NCBI GenBank assembly: GCA_041658955.1
Contig: JBAZZE010000003.1
Coordinates: 3,842 to 67,841 of the forward strand
Origin: Candidatus Shapirobacteria bacterium
GTDB taxonomy: Bacteria; Patescibacteriota; Microgenomatia; UBA12405
DNA length: 64,000 nt
Direction: 5' to 3'
In this document: in pieces, positions 27,601 through 36,377 of the stretch
Layout of the letters: each line of letters starts with the position of its first letter
How positions within the stretch are numbered: position 1 is the stretch's first letter
Position numbers and translations under genes: made by a program
The notes under the pieces: generated by a model
The model's input: only the letters and a program-made list of their open reading frames with translations
Told to the model about the DNA's origin: nothing
Database searches by the model: none

Positions 27601-30600
27601 AATATGATGGCAGCCGATTTATTTATGCCACGCGAGGGTCGGGTGATGATGCCTTAATGAGATATGACACAATTGGTGACATCTGGGAAATGATGGCCAA
27701 TGCTGATTTTAATGCTCCAATAAATCAACCCAATAACACCATAAACGATGGTTCAGATATGGCTTATGATGGAAACGATACGTTGTATGTAATGCAGGGT
27801 GGTGGAAGAGATGGTTTTGCTGGATATAGTATTTCCACCAATACCTGGTTAACTCTTACTGATTTACCGATGTTTTCCGGGGCAGGTTCACAAATTGAAT
27901 ATGATAGTACTACCAATGCTATTTATTATGTTGCTGGTAGTGGTCGAAATTTTGTCTACAAATACGACATTGCGTCTCAATTGTGGAGTGATCTAGCAGA
28001 GACTCCAATGGCTGTAGGTGGAGGAGCTTCACTTAAAAAAATTGGAGGAAACTTATATTTGACAGTAGGTAACGGTTCGTTAGCGGTTTATAAGTACAAC
28101 ATCAATAAAAATATGTGGCTAATTCCGACCGTTGGTTTATTCGGTGGCTGGTTTAGAGGTAGTGATAGTCGCACTTTTGGATATGGGGCGGACATTGTAA
28201 AAGGGGATGGAAATAATATGTATTTAGTTAGAGGAAACTTTGACAATCTATTTGTCCGTTACAATTCAGTGACAGGAGTAGCGACTAGAATGGCCGATGT
28301 TCCTGCAGGCATGACTTCAGGTACGAAATTGGTTTATGATAGTGTTCATAACCGGATTTATGCAACCGTGGGGTCATATTATCGAAAGTTTTTTGTCTAT
28401 GATGTGGCCAGTGATACTTGGTCGGAAGAAGTAAATGATCCGCCGCCACTTGATAGTGCTGAGGGAAGTTCGATGGTGTTCAATGCTACAGATAGATATA
28501 TTTATTGGCTTCGAGGTGCTGGAACCCAGAGTTTCTATCGGTTCAACACTGAAGGCGTGGGGACTAGTAAATGGAGCATTTTGCCAAATACGGGATTGTC
28601 GATGAGCTATGGAGCTGATATGGTTTTGAAAAATGATTATATTTATACATTACGCGGTTCAAACACCACTGGATTTTTGAGATACGGTCCGTTGTCGGTA
28701 GGGGCGACTTGGTCAAATACGGCAGTGGCTGATTTACCAACCGGAGCCAATATATATAATGATGGATTCTTAGTTGATCTGGGTGGCGACTACTTAATGG
28801 CTTGTCGAGGTGGTAATCAAAACACCTGTTACCGTTACTCAATTACTGGAGATAGCTGGTCAGTAGTGACTAGCGCCACATCGCCATATATTTACACTGG
28901 AGGAGCAGGGGCAGTTAACTCGAGTGGCGAAAAAATGTTGGTGATAGCTGGAAATGGACAATTAAATACTATGTCTAATGGGTTGTATAGCTATGTAATT
29001 GAAAGTGAAAATTCGTCTTATGAAGAAAGTGGTGAATATATATCACCAGTCCATGACTTAACAGCAGTTTACAAATTTGCAAACTTAAGCATAGATGTTA
29101 CTTTGCCTGATAATACAGGACTTTCTGTATATACAAAATCATCGGCAGATAACTCGACTTGGGGAGACTGGACGGTAGCTTCTGAACAAAAAATTGTGGG
29201 TACCAATAGGAGTTTTAAGATAAACTCAACAACAGCGAGGTATTTACAGATTAAGTTGGCAATGACTTCGAGTGATGGAGTTAGGTCGGGAACAATAAAT
29301 AGCTACACAGTAAATTATTATCAAGATACAACAGAGCCAACAAACCCGACACTATTATCTGGGTATACCAATAGTGGGATGGGGACAACTTTAGTAAGTG
29401 GTGTCTGGAATAATTCGACTGCGCCATATTTCGGATGGAGTGGGGCGAGCGATGGAGCAAATGGTTCGGGGGTAGAGGGATATTATGTTTATTTTGGAAC
29501 CGGAGAAACGGCAAACCCGGTAACTTTAGGGACTTACACCACAGGAACATCTTTTATAGGAACAACCATGGTTTCAGGAGAAACTTATTATTTCAGACTT
29601 AAAACAAAAGATAGTGCTGATAATGTCAGCACGGATGTAGGAACAACTTTGGTTTATAAACTTGATAACACCGCCCCAGAAAACCCGACGGCTGTTTTGG
29701 CTAATCCACCAGGGTATACGACAATCGATAACTTTACTTTCACATGGGGAGCGGGCACAGATAGCTCTTCAGGGATTGCGGCATATTGTTATAAAACCGG
29801 TGCTAGTAGTGGTCCTCTAGCGACAGAACAATGCATTACTGATGTAGGAGTAACTGGGATAACTGGGATCACCAAATATCAAACTGATGAAAATATTTTT
29901 TACTTAAGAGTTAAAGATACGGCTGGCAACTTCGCCAGTAGTTCATTGACAGCAATTTATAAGTTTTCAGGAACTGCTCCAAGCCGACCAATGAACTTAA
30001 GAATGACTTACCCGGATGTGGGGACTAGCAACACGGTTAATGATTTTGCTTTTGCTTGGGATCAACCAGAAAGTTTCTTGGGAGCGGCTGCCAACCTAGT
30101 TTATAAATACTCAATAAACGAAGAACCAACGCCAAGTAATGTGAGTACAGTGGGGACGAATGTCCGATACTTAAGTCGAAGCCAATATGCCTCGCGTAGC
30201 GGAGTAAATACTATTTATGTGGTGGTATCAGACGAAGCTGGAAATATGGCAGTCACCGATGGAAAGTACACCAACTATGCCAGTTTGGATTTTGAAGCAT
30301 CAACTTCAGCTCCAGGAATTGGTAGAAACTTAGATATCTCTGATGTGTCAATTAAAGAAACTAGTAGTTGGAGATTAGCATTGACTTGGGATGCGCCTGA
30401 GGCATCTGGATCAGGTATCGCTAATTACCGGGTATACAGAAGCACTACTGCTGGAGCCTCTTGTACTTCAAGTATGGACAATTTTGGTGGAACAAACGGC
30501 TTTATATCGACAACGACTACCACATCGTATATTGACACAGAACTATTGCAGTCAAAATATTATTATTGTGTCAAAGCTTGTAATTCAACAGACCAGTGTG

Positions 30601-31880
30601 GGGCGCCAAGCTCAACTGTAGCCTTGCTACCAGATGGTAAGTGGCGAGTACCACCAACATTAACTGCAGAACCGGCGGCAAGTGTAAAAACAAAGACGGC
30701 GACAATTACCTGGTCGACAAATCGTAAGGGTAATTCATTTGTAAAGTATGGTAAAAGTGCTGGAGATTATGGTGAAGAAGTTGGATCATCAGATCTTTTG
30801 AGTGCCCATGAAATTGCTCTTACTGGCTTGGACCCGGGAACTACTTATTATTACAAAGCGACATGGACAGATGAGGATGGAAATACTGGCGAATCAACGG
30901 AGTATAGTTTTAAAACTAACCCGGCACCAATTGTGTCAACCGTTAAGATTGTTGACGTTGGATTGTATTCTGTTTATGTAAAATTTGGATTGAACCATGC
31001 ATCAAAAGCAACTATTCAATACGGTAAAACTACAGCGTATGGTTCGGTGGCTGAGTTAACCACATCAACTGCAGAATCGACTTATTCTGAAAAACTAGAT
31101 AGTTTGGAAGAGGGTACAAAATATCACTTAAAAATCGTGGCAGAGGATGAAGAGGGTAACAAATTTACATCGGATGATTATGAATTTGCGACTCTGCCAA
31201 TGCCTAAGATTGAGGGAGTAAAAATCCAGCAAGTAAAAGGAATGGCGAGTGCCACGATTATGGCGTCCTGGAAAACAAATACTGGAGTATCGTCGATTGT
31301 GAGTTATTACCCAGAGGGGAGACCAGAAATGACCAGAGATCAGGTTACTTTGACGCTAGGGTTGAATCACCAGATGCTAATTAAGGACCTGTTGGATGCG
31401 ACTGATTATGTAATATTGGTACGAGGTAAAGATCAAGTTGGAAATGAAGCTAAAATGAGTACCAACAAATTTAAAACTTCAACTGATCTTCGACCACCCT
31501 TAATTACTGATATGCGGGTAGAAGGGGCAGTGAGTGGAGTTGGTGAAGCGACCAAAGCCCAGATAATTGTTTATTGGAATACTGATGAGCCATCGACTGG
31601 CCAAGTTGAGTTTGGTGAAGGAACTGGTTCTGATTATCCCAATAGAACTCAAGAAGATGGAAACTTCACCCTGAATCACGTAGTAACTATTACTGACTTG
31701 AAACCTTCTCAGGTATATCATTTAAGAATAGTATCTAAAGACAGAATTGGTAACCAAGTGGAGTCATTTGATAATGTGACGGTAACACCAAAGGCAACCA
31801 AATCAGCACTCGACCTGGTGGTTAACAGTTTGTCTAAGAGTTTCGGATTCTTTGGAAGTTTAGGAAAAATAGCCCAATGA
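24675..31880 (+). CDS. Giant surface protein: Kelch-type beta-propellers plus FN3-like domains (2401 aa)
   Basis: N-terminal TM, many G..LY..RG.....F..Y....W...A..P repeats, C-terminal A.I.W.T.....S.V.YG...H...L..L.P.T.Y domains. Confidence 0.85.
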   Translation: MLLLKRPVLMGVVLGVFLGSLVGWGWWRVSTKVEATDRTITSRADFDQGLFDNTESKSKEGELRLKAGGTWGARVWQMPKVGMTNQTGIVSDGTHLYMLAGQDRYFAKYIPNEDRWQQLANAPHAASVGTDLVVEGDYIYAIFGSYTKNFSRYTISTDTWVNMDDAPDLLYDGASLGTDGTYIYLLRGSYTSDYWRYNPSNNTWLSLAAPPATIGRGASLSYKNGYFYTPRGDSNLFYKYEVATNLWTTLPNIPAPSISYAAHNSDIFGNALYYNLDYGTTAFYKFDLGTTSWSTLPGLPWPSYYVGLVGVGDTATGHVYVFRGNGSVDFWKYNPRTNSFEGSVDTPNAPSTGADLLYDGNYLYLNRGANSTNMYRYQIGGTWKTMADAPAAMGDDTKGIQAGGSFYYIRGSGTTAFFKFDPAIGANGTWTSMLGTPATANYGASVVYPGSGNYMYATRGALTRTFWRYTIGAGETWSDAAAADLPDNAEAGYGARLASDGTDIYYMPGSGMSKLYKYTIGTTTWSEISDIPFSPYYGSDISYYNGKLYFLAGYYKPDFWEYTIATSSWRRLAPTQDYGATEIGPWAGASIESLGNGTFYVILGNGVTRLLTYTVDANNYPVSGGWTSKALDLSYVASWSGLSIQSSLPGDSSISWTSRSSSDQITWSDWIAGVGSSIGSPVGRYLQVGVTLVSTSDRTNTPKLLDIQVSYIGDTGVPTNPSTVVGVSQQVSGVGLTSAESYGYQAPYFSWSGATDTQTSIAGYYVYFGTGSSASPVTEGNYQTASNYLVTTPMDQTTYYLRLVTVDSAGNNSAATTAFVYTYNGIAPPITITKTTTADFGVGTTSAVDVSGDKIKLQGKAGFWEQERISSLPAGIYLGGDMAYKSSTNKIYLFRGYNSNTFYIYDLTTNTVSVGPTAPGAVYYGGGMVEGPGNYLYAMKGLVTNSFWRFDVGTTTWSDVAAADLPQTISYGGSLEYDGSRFIYATRGSGDDALMRYDTIGDIWEMMANADFNAPINQPNNTINDGSDMAYDGNDTLYVMQGGGRDGFAGYSISTNTWLTLTDLPMFSGAGSQIEYDSTTNAIYYVAGSGRNFVYKYDIASQLWSDLAETPMAVGGGASLKKIGGNLYLTVGNGSLAVYKYNINKNMWLIPTVGLFGGWFRGSDSRTFGYGADIVKGDGNNMYLVRGNFDNLFVRYNSVTGVATRMADVPAGMTSGTKLVYDSVHNRIYATVGSYYRKFFVYDVASDTWSEEVNDPPPLDSAEGSSMVFNATDRYIYWLRGAGTQSFYRFNTEGVGTSKWSILPNTGLSMSYGADMVLKNDYIYTLRGSNTTGFLRYGPLSVGATWSNTAVADLPTGANIYNDGFLVDLGGDYLMACRGGNQNTCYRYSITGDSWSVVTSATSPYIYTGGAGAVNSSGEKMLVIAGNGQLNTMSNGLYSYVIESENSSYEESGEYISPVHDLTAVYKFANLSIDVTLPDNTGLSVYTKSSADNSTWGDWTVASEQKIVGTNRSFKINSTTARYLQIKLAMTSSDGVRSGTINSYTVNYYQDTTEPTNPTLLSGYTNSGMGTTLVSGVWNNSTAPYFGWSGASDGANGSGVEGYYVYFGTGETANPVTLGTYTTGTSFIGTTMVSGETYYFRLKTKDSADNVSTDVGTTLVYKLDNTAPENPTAVLANPPGYTTIDNFTFTWGAGTDSSSGIAAYCYKTGASSGPLATEQCITDVGVTGITGITKYQTDENIFYLRVKDTAGNFASSSLTAIYKFSGTAPSRPMNLRMTYPDVGTSNTVNDFAFAWDQPESFLGAAANLVYKYSINEEPTPSNVSTVGTNVRYLSRSQYASRSGVNTIYVVVSDEAGNMAVTDGKYTNYASLDFEASTSAPGIGRNLDISDVSIKETSSWRLALTWDAPEASGSGIANYRVYRSTTAGASCTSSMDNFGGTNGFISTTTTTSYIDTELLQSKYYYCVKACNSTDQCGAPSSTVALLPDGKWRVPPTLTAEPAASVKTKTATITWSTNRKGNSFVKYGKSAGDYGEEVGSSDLLSAHEIALTGLDPGTTYYYKATWTDEDGNTGESTEYSFKTNPAPIVSTVKIVDVGLYSVYVKFGLNHASKATIQYGKTTAYGSVAELTTSTAESTYSEKLDSLEEGTKYHLKIVAEDEEGNKFTSDDYEFATLPMPKIEGVKIQQVKGMASATIMASWKTNTGVSSIVSYYPEGRPEMTRDQVTLTLGLNHQMLIKDLLDATDYVILVRGKDQVGNEAKMSTNKFKTSTDLRPPLITDMRVEGAVSGVGEATKAQIIVYWNTDEPSTGQVEFGEGTGSDYPNRTQEDGNFTLNHVVTITDLKPSQVYHLRIVSKDRIGNQVESFDNVTVTPKATKSALDLVVNSLSKSFGFFGSLGKIAQ

Positions 31881-32719
31881 CGACAATAGCAAAACAAACT
31901 AGTAATAAAGGAAAGGATGTTTTTGAAAATCTAGTAGTGGCCCAAGGAATTCGGAAAAGTTTTGATGTGGGTAATCAAGTGGTGGAAGTGCTCAAGGGGA
32001 TAGATTTAAAAATAAACAAAGGTGATTTTGCGATTATTTTTGGACCATCGGGTTGTGGAAAGTCGACCTTATTGCACACACTACTTGGTTTGGAAAAACC
32101 TTCTGAAGGTAAGGTAATCATGGAAGGTAAAGATTATTATGGAATGGGTGATGATGAGATTGTGACTTTCCGAAAAAATAACATTGGGATAGTTTTTCAG
32201 CAGCCGATCTGGATTAAGTCGCTGAATGTAATGGAGAATGTCTGTGTGCCAAATAGGCTGCGAGGGTTAACTCAGGAGGAAGCTGAGGAAAAAGCGATGA
32301 TCTCACTTCGTAAAGTAAAGCTTGAAGGTTGGCATGAATATCATCCAAATTCTTTATCTTCGGGACAACAACAGAGGGTTAGTTTGGCACGGGCACTGAC
32401 TATCGATCCACTGATACTGGTAGCCGATGAGCCGACGGGAAACTTAGACACAGTTTCGGGAGACGAGCTGATGGAACTGCTACGGGCTTTGAATCAGGAT
32501 GAGGGAAGAACGGTAGTAATGGTAACTCACGACTTGGAGTATTTGCGCTATGCCACAAAACTTTTCCATATTATTGATGGACTGCTGGTTGAGGAAATAG
32601 ATGAAAAAGGAGCGAAGAAATTGGCTGGGAGTCTGCGGAATAAAAAGGGTAAGCGAGGCGAGGAAACGGTGAGGAACAGTGATTATTTAAAAACCAGTGG
32701 TAAAAAATATGTCAGTTAA
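31877..32719 (+). CDS. ABC transporter ATP-binding protein, MacB/LolD family
   Basis: GPSGCGKST, LSSGQQQRV, ADEPTGNLD, VTHD. Confidence 0.93.
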   Translation: MTTIAKQTSNKGKDVFENLVVAQGIRKSFDVGNQVVEVLKGIDLKINKGDFAIIFGPSGCGKSTLLHTLLGLEKPSEGKVIMEGKDYYGMGDDEIVTFRKNNIGIVFQQPIWIKSLNVMENVCVPNRLRGLTQEEAEEKAMISLRKVKLEGWHEYHPNSLSSGQQQRVSLARALTIDPLILVADEPTGNLDTVSGDELMELLRALNQDEGRTVVMVTHDLEYLRYATKLFHIIDGLLVEEIDEKGAKKLAGSLRNKKGKRGEETVRNSDYLKTSGKKYVS

Positions 32720-34796
32720 TATAGCGCTAATTACCAATAATATTCGTAGTATACCTAAAGCGGCTAAAGGTCTCTTGGCAACTATCTGGTCTAATGTAAT
32801 TTTTATTTTACTACTGTTCTTATATTTATTGAAAAAACTTTGTGACAAATTTGGAAAGATTCTGGGATTGAAGCAAATGTCTAATTTGAGTAGTTATATA
32901 ATGAGACGAATTGATCGGAGCGGTGGTGGTCAGGTGTCGAGATTATATATGGTGGAACTTGCCCTGAAGAATTTGAGAGCTAAAAAGGTCAGGGCGATGG
33001 TGACAATCGGAGGAGTAGCGGTAGGGGTAGGAGCAATCGTGTTTTTAGTATCTCTTGGATATGGACTAGAGCGGATGGTTATTTCAAAAGTAGCCCGGCT
33101 TGACGAACTGAAAATGTTAGATGTGGGTTTGGGTGAGGTCTCTAGTTTGAAAATGAATGACGAATTTGTAAAAAAAATTAGTGAAATTGGTGATGTGGAC
33201 GAAGTGATTCCGGTGGTAGGAATGGTGTCAAAAGTCAGGTTCAAAAACTCAGTGTCAGATATTATGGCATTTGGGGTGGACCAGAGATACATTAAAGCAG
33301 TTGGTGTAAAAATGTTAACTGGTGCTGAATTTAAAGATAAAGATATGGGCTACAAATTCGGTGAAGGAACAGTAGCGGGAGTAAGCCAGGAGATAATTAA
33401 AGCTAACGTTGGGGATAGGGTTGATAAAGGGATTTATAGACTCAACACCGTGGGAGGCGAAAAGTTAAGTGTTTATGAAAAATGTGATAGTTCCAGTGAA
33501 AATTTGGGTTATATGATGAGAGTTGAGGGTGGGGTGGTAGGAGAAAAAATTTGGGGTGAATCTTATCACTTGGGTGGAGATAGTAATACCTATGTAGAAG
33601 ATGAGGTAACTGGAAAGGAATTATCACCTTGGGTTCGTCTAAAAACTTCTCTATGGCAAGTGGATGACAGTGGGATTGCTATCCCAATTTTGGATGATAG
33701 TGGTTCCCAAAAATGGGTTATTGGTTGTGTTCGGGATAAAGGATTGAAAAAAGAGAGTGGAGAAGAGCTAGGTAGTTTTAAATCTTTAAATGAATATCTG
33801 ATGGGAGTCGGTGGTGGTTCAGTATTGGGAGAATCAACCAGTTCAGCAACACCGTCGGCATTAATCGCTTCAACCGCGTCTGAATCAGCAATCGCCAAGC
33901 TGTTTGATGTAGTGGTGGCCACTGACTCAGCTGGAGTAGAGTGGGTGGAATTAAAAAAGACTGGGGATAGTGCCAAGCCAAAAGAAGATTTGGCATATAA
34001 CGACTTGCCGTCGGGTGAAGCGTATGTCAGTTCGGGGTTGGTAAAAATGTTTGGGATGGATAAACAATCGATTTTGGGACAAAAATTTGGGGTGTCATAC
34101 ATCATTCCTGATGGACTAATCCCAGGATCTAGTGGGCGAACCCAATCACAAGAGACAGATTACACGGTTAAAGCGGTAGTTGATGATGACACGTCAAACT
34201 ATTATTATTTCCAGATTGGAGATGCCAAGAAGTTGGGGGTAAAAAATTATTCCCAAGTAAAGGTGTTAACTAAAGACCAAGGAAAGGTACTGGGGGTTCG
34301 GAAAACTATCGAAAGTAGTGGGTTTAGAACTATGAGTACATTGGATACGGTGGCTCAAATTGAGAATTTATTTGCAACACTACGACTTTTATTAGGATTT
34401 TTGGGAACTATCGCTCTAGCAGTGGCTTCGTTGGGAATGTTTAACACCATGACAGTGTCGTTATTGGAACGGACTAGAGAAGTAGGGGTAATGAAAGCAA
34501 TGGGAATGCAGATTGCTGAAGTAAGAGAACTTTTCTTGGCGGAATCGATGATCATGGGAGTAGGTGGAGGGGTGATGGGAATATTGCTAGGCTATTTAGG
34601 TGGTCGAATATTATCATTAATACTTAGTTCGGTATCGATGTTTAAGGGGCAGGGAGTAATTGATATTAGCTATATACCCTGGTTTTTTGTAACCTTTATT
34701 TTGACGATTAGCTTTGTAGTAGGAATAATCACCGGTTGGTATCCTTCAAAGAGAGCGACCAAGATTTCAGCCTTAAATGCGCTAAGGTACGAGTAA
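32709..34796 (+). CDS. ABC transporter permease, MacB/FtsX family with very large extracytoplasmic domain
   Basis: R..VTIGGVAVGVGAIVFLVSLG.G, NTMTVSLLERTREVGVMKAMG, YP..RA.KIS...ALRYE; ATG 32709 chosen over GTG 32697. Confidence 0.9.
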   Translation: MSVNIALITNNIRSIPKAAKGLLATIWSNVIFILLLFLYLLKKLCDKFGKILGLKQMSNLSSYIMRRIDRSGGGQVSRLYMVELALKNLRAKKVRAMVTIGGVAVGVGAIVFLVSLGYGLERMVISKVARLDELKMLDVGLGEVSSLKMNDEFVKKISEIGDVDEVIPVVGMVSKVRFKNSVSDIMAFGVDQRYIKAVGVKMLTGAEFKDKDMGYKFGEGTVAGVSQEIIKANVGDRVDKGIYRLNTVGGEKLSVYEKCDSSSENLGYMMRVEGGVVGEKIWGESYHLGGDSNTYVEDEVTGKELSPWVRLKTSLWQVDDSGIAIPILDDSGSQKWVIGCVRDKGLKKESGEELGSFKSLNEYLMGVGGGSVLGESTSSATPSALIASTASESAIAKLFDVVVATDSAGVEWVELKKTGDSAKPKEDLAYNDLPSGEAYVSSGLVKMFGMDKQSILGQKFGVSYIIPDGLIPGSSGRTQSQETDYTVKAVVDDDTSNYYYFQIGDAKKLGVKNYSQVKVLTKDQGKVLGVRKTIESSGFRTMSTLDTVAQIENLFATLRLLLGFLGTIALAVASLGMFNTMTVSLLERTREVGVMKAMGMQIAEVRELFLAESMIMGVGGGVMGILLGYLGGRILSLILSSVSMFKGQGVIDISYIPWFFVTFILTISFVVGIITGWYPSKRATKISALNALRYE

Positions 34797-34809
34797 GTTA
34801 TAATATGGT

Positions 34810-35040
34810 ATGTTCTTCGATGAGGTTAGGGCAACCCAGTTTAGATTGGAGGCATACTTTAAGGGTGAATTAGTAGCATTGAGAGTACGGGGGAGTAGTG
34901 GATGGAAAAGTGTACCCTTAGAAAGACCGGTGTCTGATCAGGAAATGGTGTGGAAACAAGCGAGTTTACCAGAACCAAGAAAAGCTACAGCAAAACCCAG
35001 ACCCGAGCCGGAATATGTAGATTTTAAGGACGCGCCCTAA
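34810..35040 (+). CDS. Small hypothetical protein
   Basis: 76 aa ORF filling the gap, TATAAT 5 nt upstream of ATG. Confidence 0.55.
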   Translation: MFFDEVRATQFRLEAYFKGELVALRVRGSSGWKSVPLERPVSDQEMVWKQASLPEPRKATAKPRPEPEYVDFKDAP

Positions 35041-35042
35041 GA

Positions 35043-36014
35043 TTATTTTACAGAGTTGTAGATTTGGCGGGATATATCGCTGATAGTCTTGGTTAGTACA
35101 TTGAAATTGTTACCTCGGGTCATGATACAGACTAAGTATGGTTTTGCGGGAAGATAAACTATGCCACAATCATGAAGTTGCTTAACACCAGTTTCATTGT
35201 AACTACGTTCGCCATATTTGTGAGCAATACTGACTGATGGATCAACACCAGCAGCGAGAGCGTCTTTATATTGACTTTGACTAAGAATATTGAGGGCTAT
35301 TTCAGAATACTTGGGATTAAGATATGAAGCATTGTAGAGAATCCGGAAAAATGATGCATATGATTTGACGGAAAGAATATCACCGTTGGGGTTGGTAAAT
35401 CCAAGACTGATGTCGACCCCTAGGTCAGCGAAGACTTTGACCAAAAATTGGTTATCAATATTGGCAAGTAACAAATCGTAAGCCTGGTTATCAGATTGAA
35501 CTATTAAATTGTTAATCATCTGACTAACAGTATATTTTTGATTTGGGACCATTGTAGTTTTTGGAGCGATATTTTGGGCATATTCTGATGCTGAAGGTGT
35601 AGCAATAAGTTCTTTTTCGAGAATTGAAGGGTCAGTTTCAGCCATTTTAAAATAGGCGATCATTAGGGGAACTTTTATCAAACTTGCTGGGGAAAAAAGC
35701 TCATTTTGGTTGATACCAAACCAAGGTCCATTGTTCATATCCCGGTAATAGACAGAGACGTGAGAAAGTTCTTTGGATTTTACTTTTTGATCGATATATT
35801 GGTTAAGTTTGTTGCGGAGCTGATCAAGGTTGGTATCAGTACTAACAGCATCGGTATCACATTCGAGTAAAGGGTTGATATATTTGTAACCAGCTGGGAG
35901 TCGGGATTCGGTGAATAGATTTAATTTATTAGGTGTTTTGGAGATTGATGCAGATAGAAAACCGGCAACGTAAATGACAATTCCTAAAAATAAGAATAAG
36001 GCCACTTTCTTCAT
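35043..36014 (-). CDS. Serine hydrolase, class A beta-lactamase-like
   Basis: SxxK (PASLIK), SDN, HKYG, HDCGIV; N-terminal TM. Confidence 0.85.
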   Translation of the reverse strand: MKKVALFLFLGIVIYVAGFLSASISKTPNKLNLFTESRLPAGYKYINPLLECDTDAVSTDTNLDQLRNKLNQYIDQKVKSKELSHVSVYYRDMNNGPWFGINQNELFSPASLIKVPLMIAYFKMAETDPSILEKELIATPSASEYAQNIAPKTTMVPNQKYTVSQMINNLIVQSDNQAYDLLLANIDNQFLVKVFADLGVDISLGFTNPNGDILSVKSYASFFRILYNASYLNPKYSEIALNILSQSQYKDALAAGVDPSVSIAHKYGERSYNETGVKQLHDCGIVYLPAKPYLVCIMTRGNNFNVLTKTISDISRQIYNSVK

Positions 36015-36053
36015 TATGCCTGTAAGTATAAACGATTGTGATAGAATAGGGAA

Positions 36054-36089
36054 ATGAAAATGTTATCTGTTTCCCTACTTCTTAGCTAA
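36054..36089 (+). CDS. Putative leucine leader peptide MKMLSVSLLLS
   Basis: ATG AAA ATG TTA TCT GTT TCC CTA CTT CTT AGC TAA, 6 nt after extended -10 TGaTAGAAT, upstream of leuS. Confidence 0.75.
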   Translation: MKMLSVSLLLS

Positions 36090-36133
36090 TTTTTTTGGGG
36101 GAACTGTAATGGCCCCCATGAGGGGCTTTTTTT
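36069..36133 (+). terminator. Attenuator: alternative stems and intrinsic terminator
   Basis: 1:2 GTTTCCCTA/TGGGGGAAC; 2:3 TGGGGG/CCCCCA; 3:4 GCCCC-CATGA-GGGGC followed by T7. Confidence 0.8.
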
Positions 36134-36139
36134 ATATAT

Positions 36140-36370
36140 ATGAGCATTCAAAAACTAGTTGAACTTAGATGTGAGAATTGTGGTGGGGTGGGGATTGCTG
36201 AAGCTGGTCAGATAGGGGCATTGCGGACTAGAGTAGCTGGAAGCCACTTGGGTCATCGATTGAGTGAAGTACCTTATGTAGCAGCGACTGATGATGCTCA
36301 ACTAGCAGCGACAACTATTGTCAGCCGTCGATCTGGTATATTTGTTTATAGTTCTAGTAATCCAAGTTAA
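36140..36370 (+). CDS. Small hypothetical protein with CxxC
   Basis: 76 aa, CENCG and HLGH; lies between attenuator and leuS. Confidence 0.5.
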   Translation: MSIQKLVELRCENCGGVGIAEAGQIGALRTRVAGSHLGHRLSEVPYVAATDDAQLAATTIVSRRSGIFVYSSSNPS

Positions 36371-36377
36371 ATTGACT

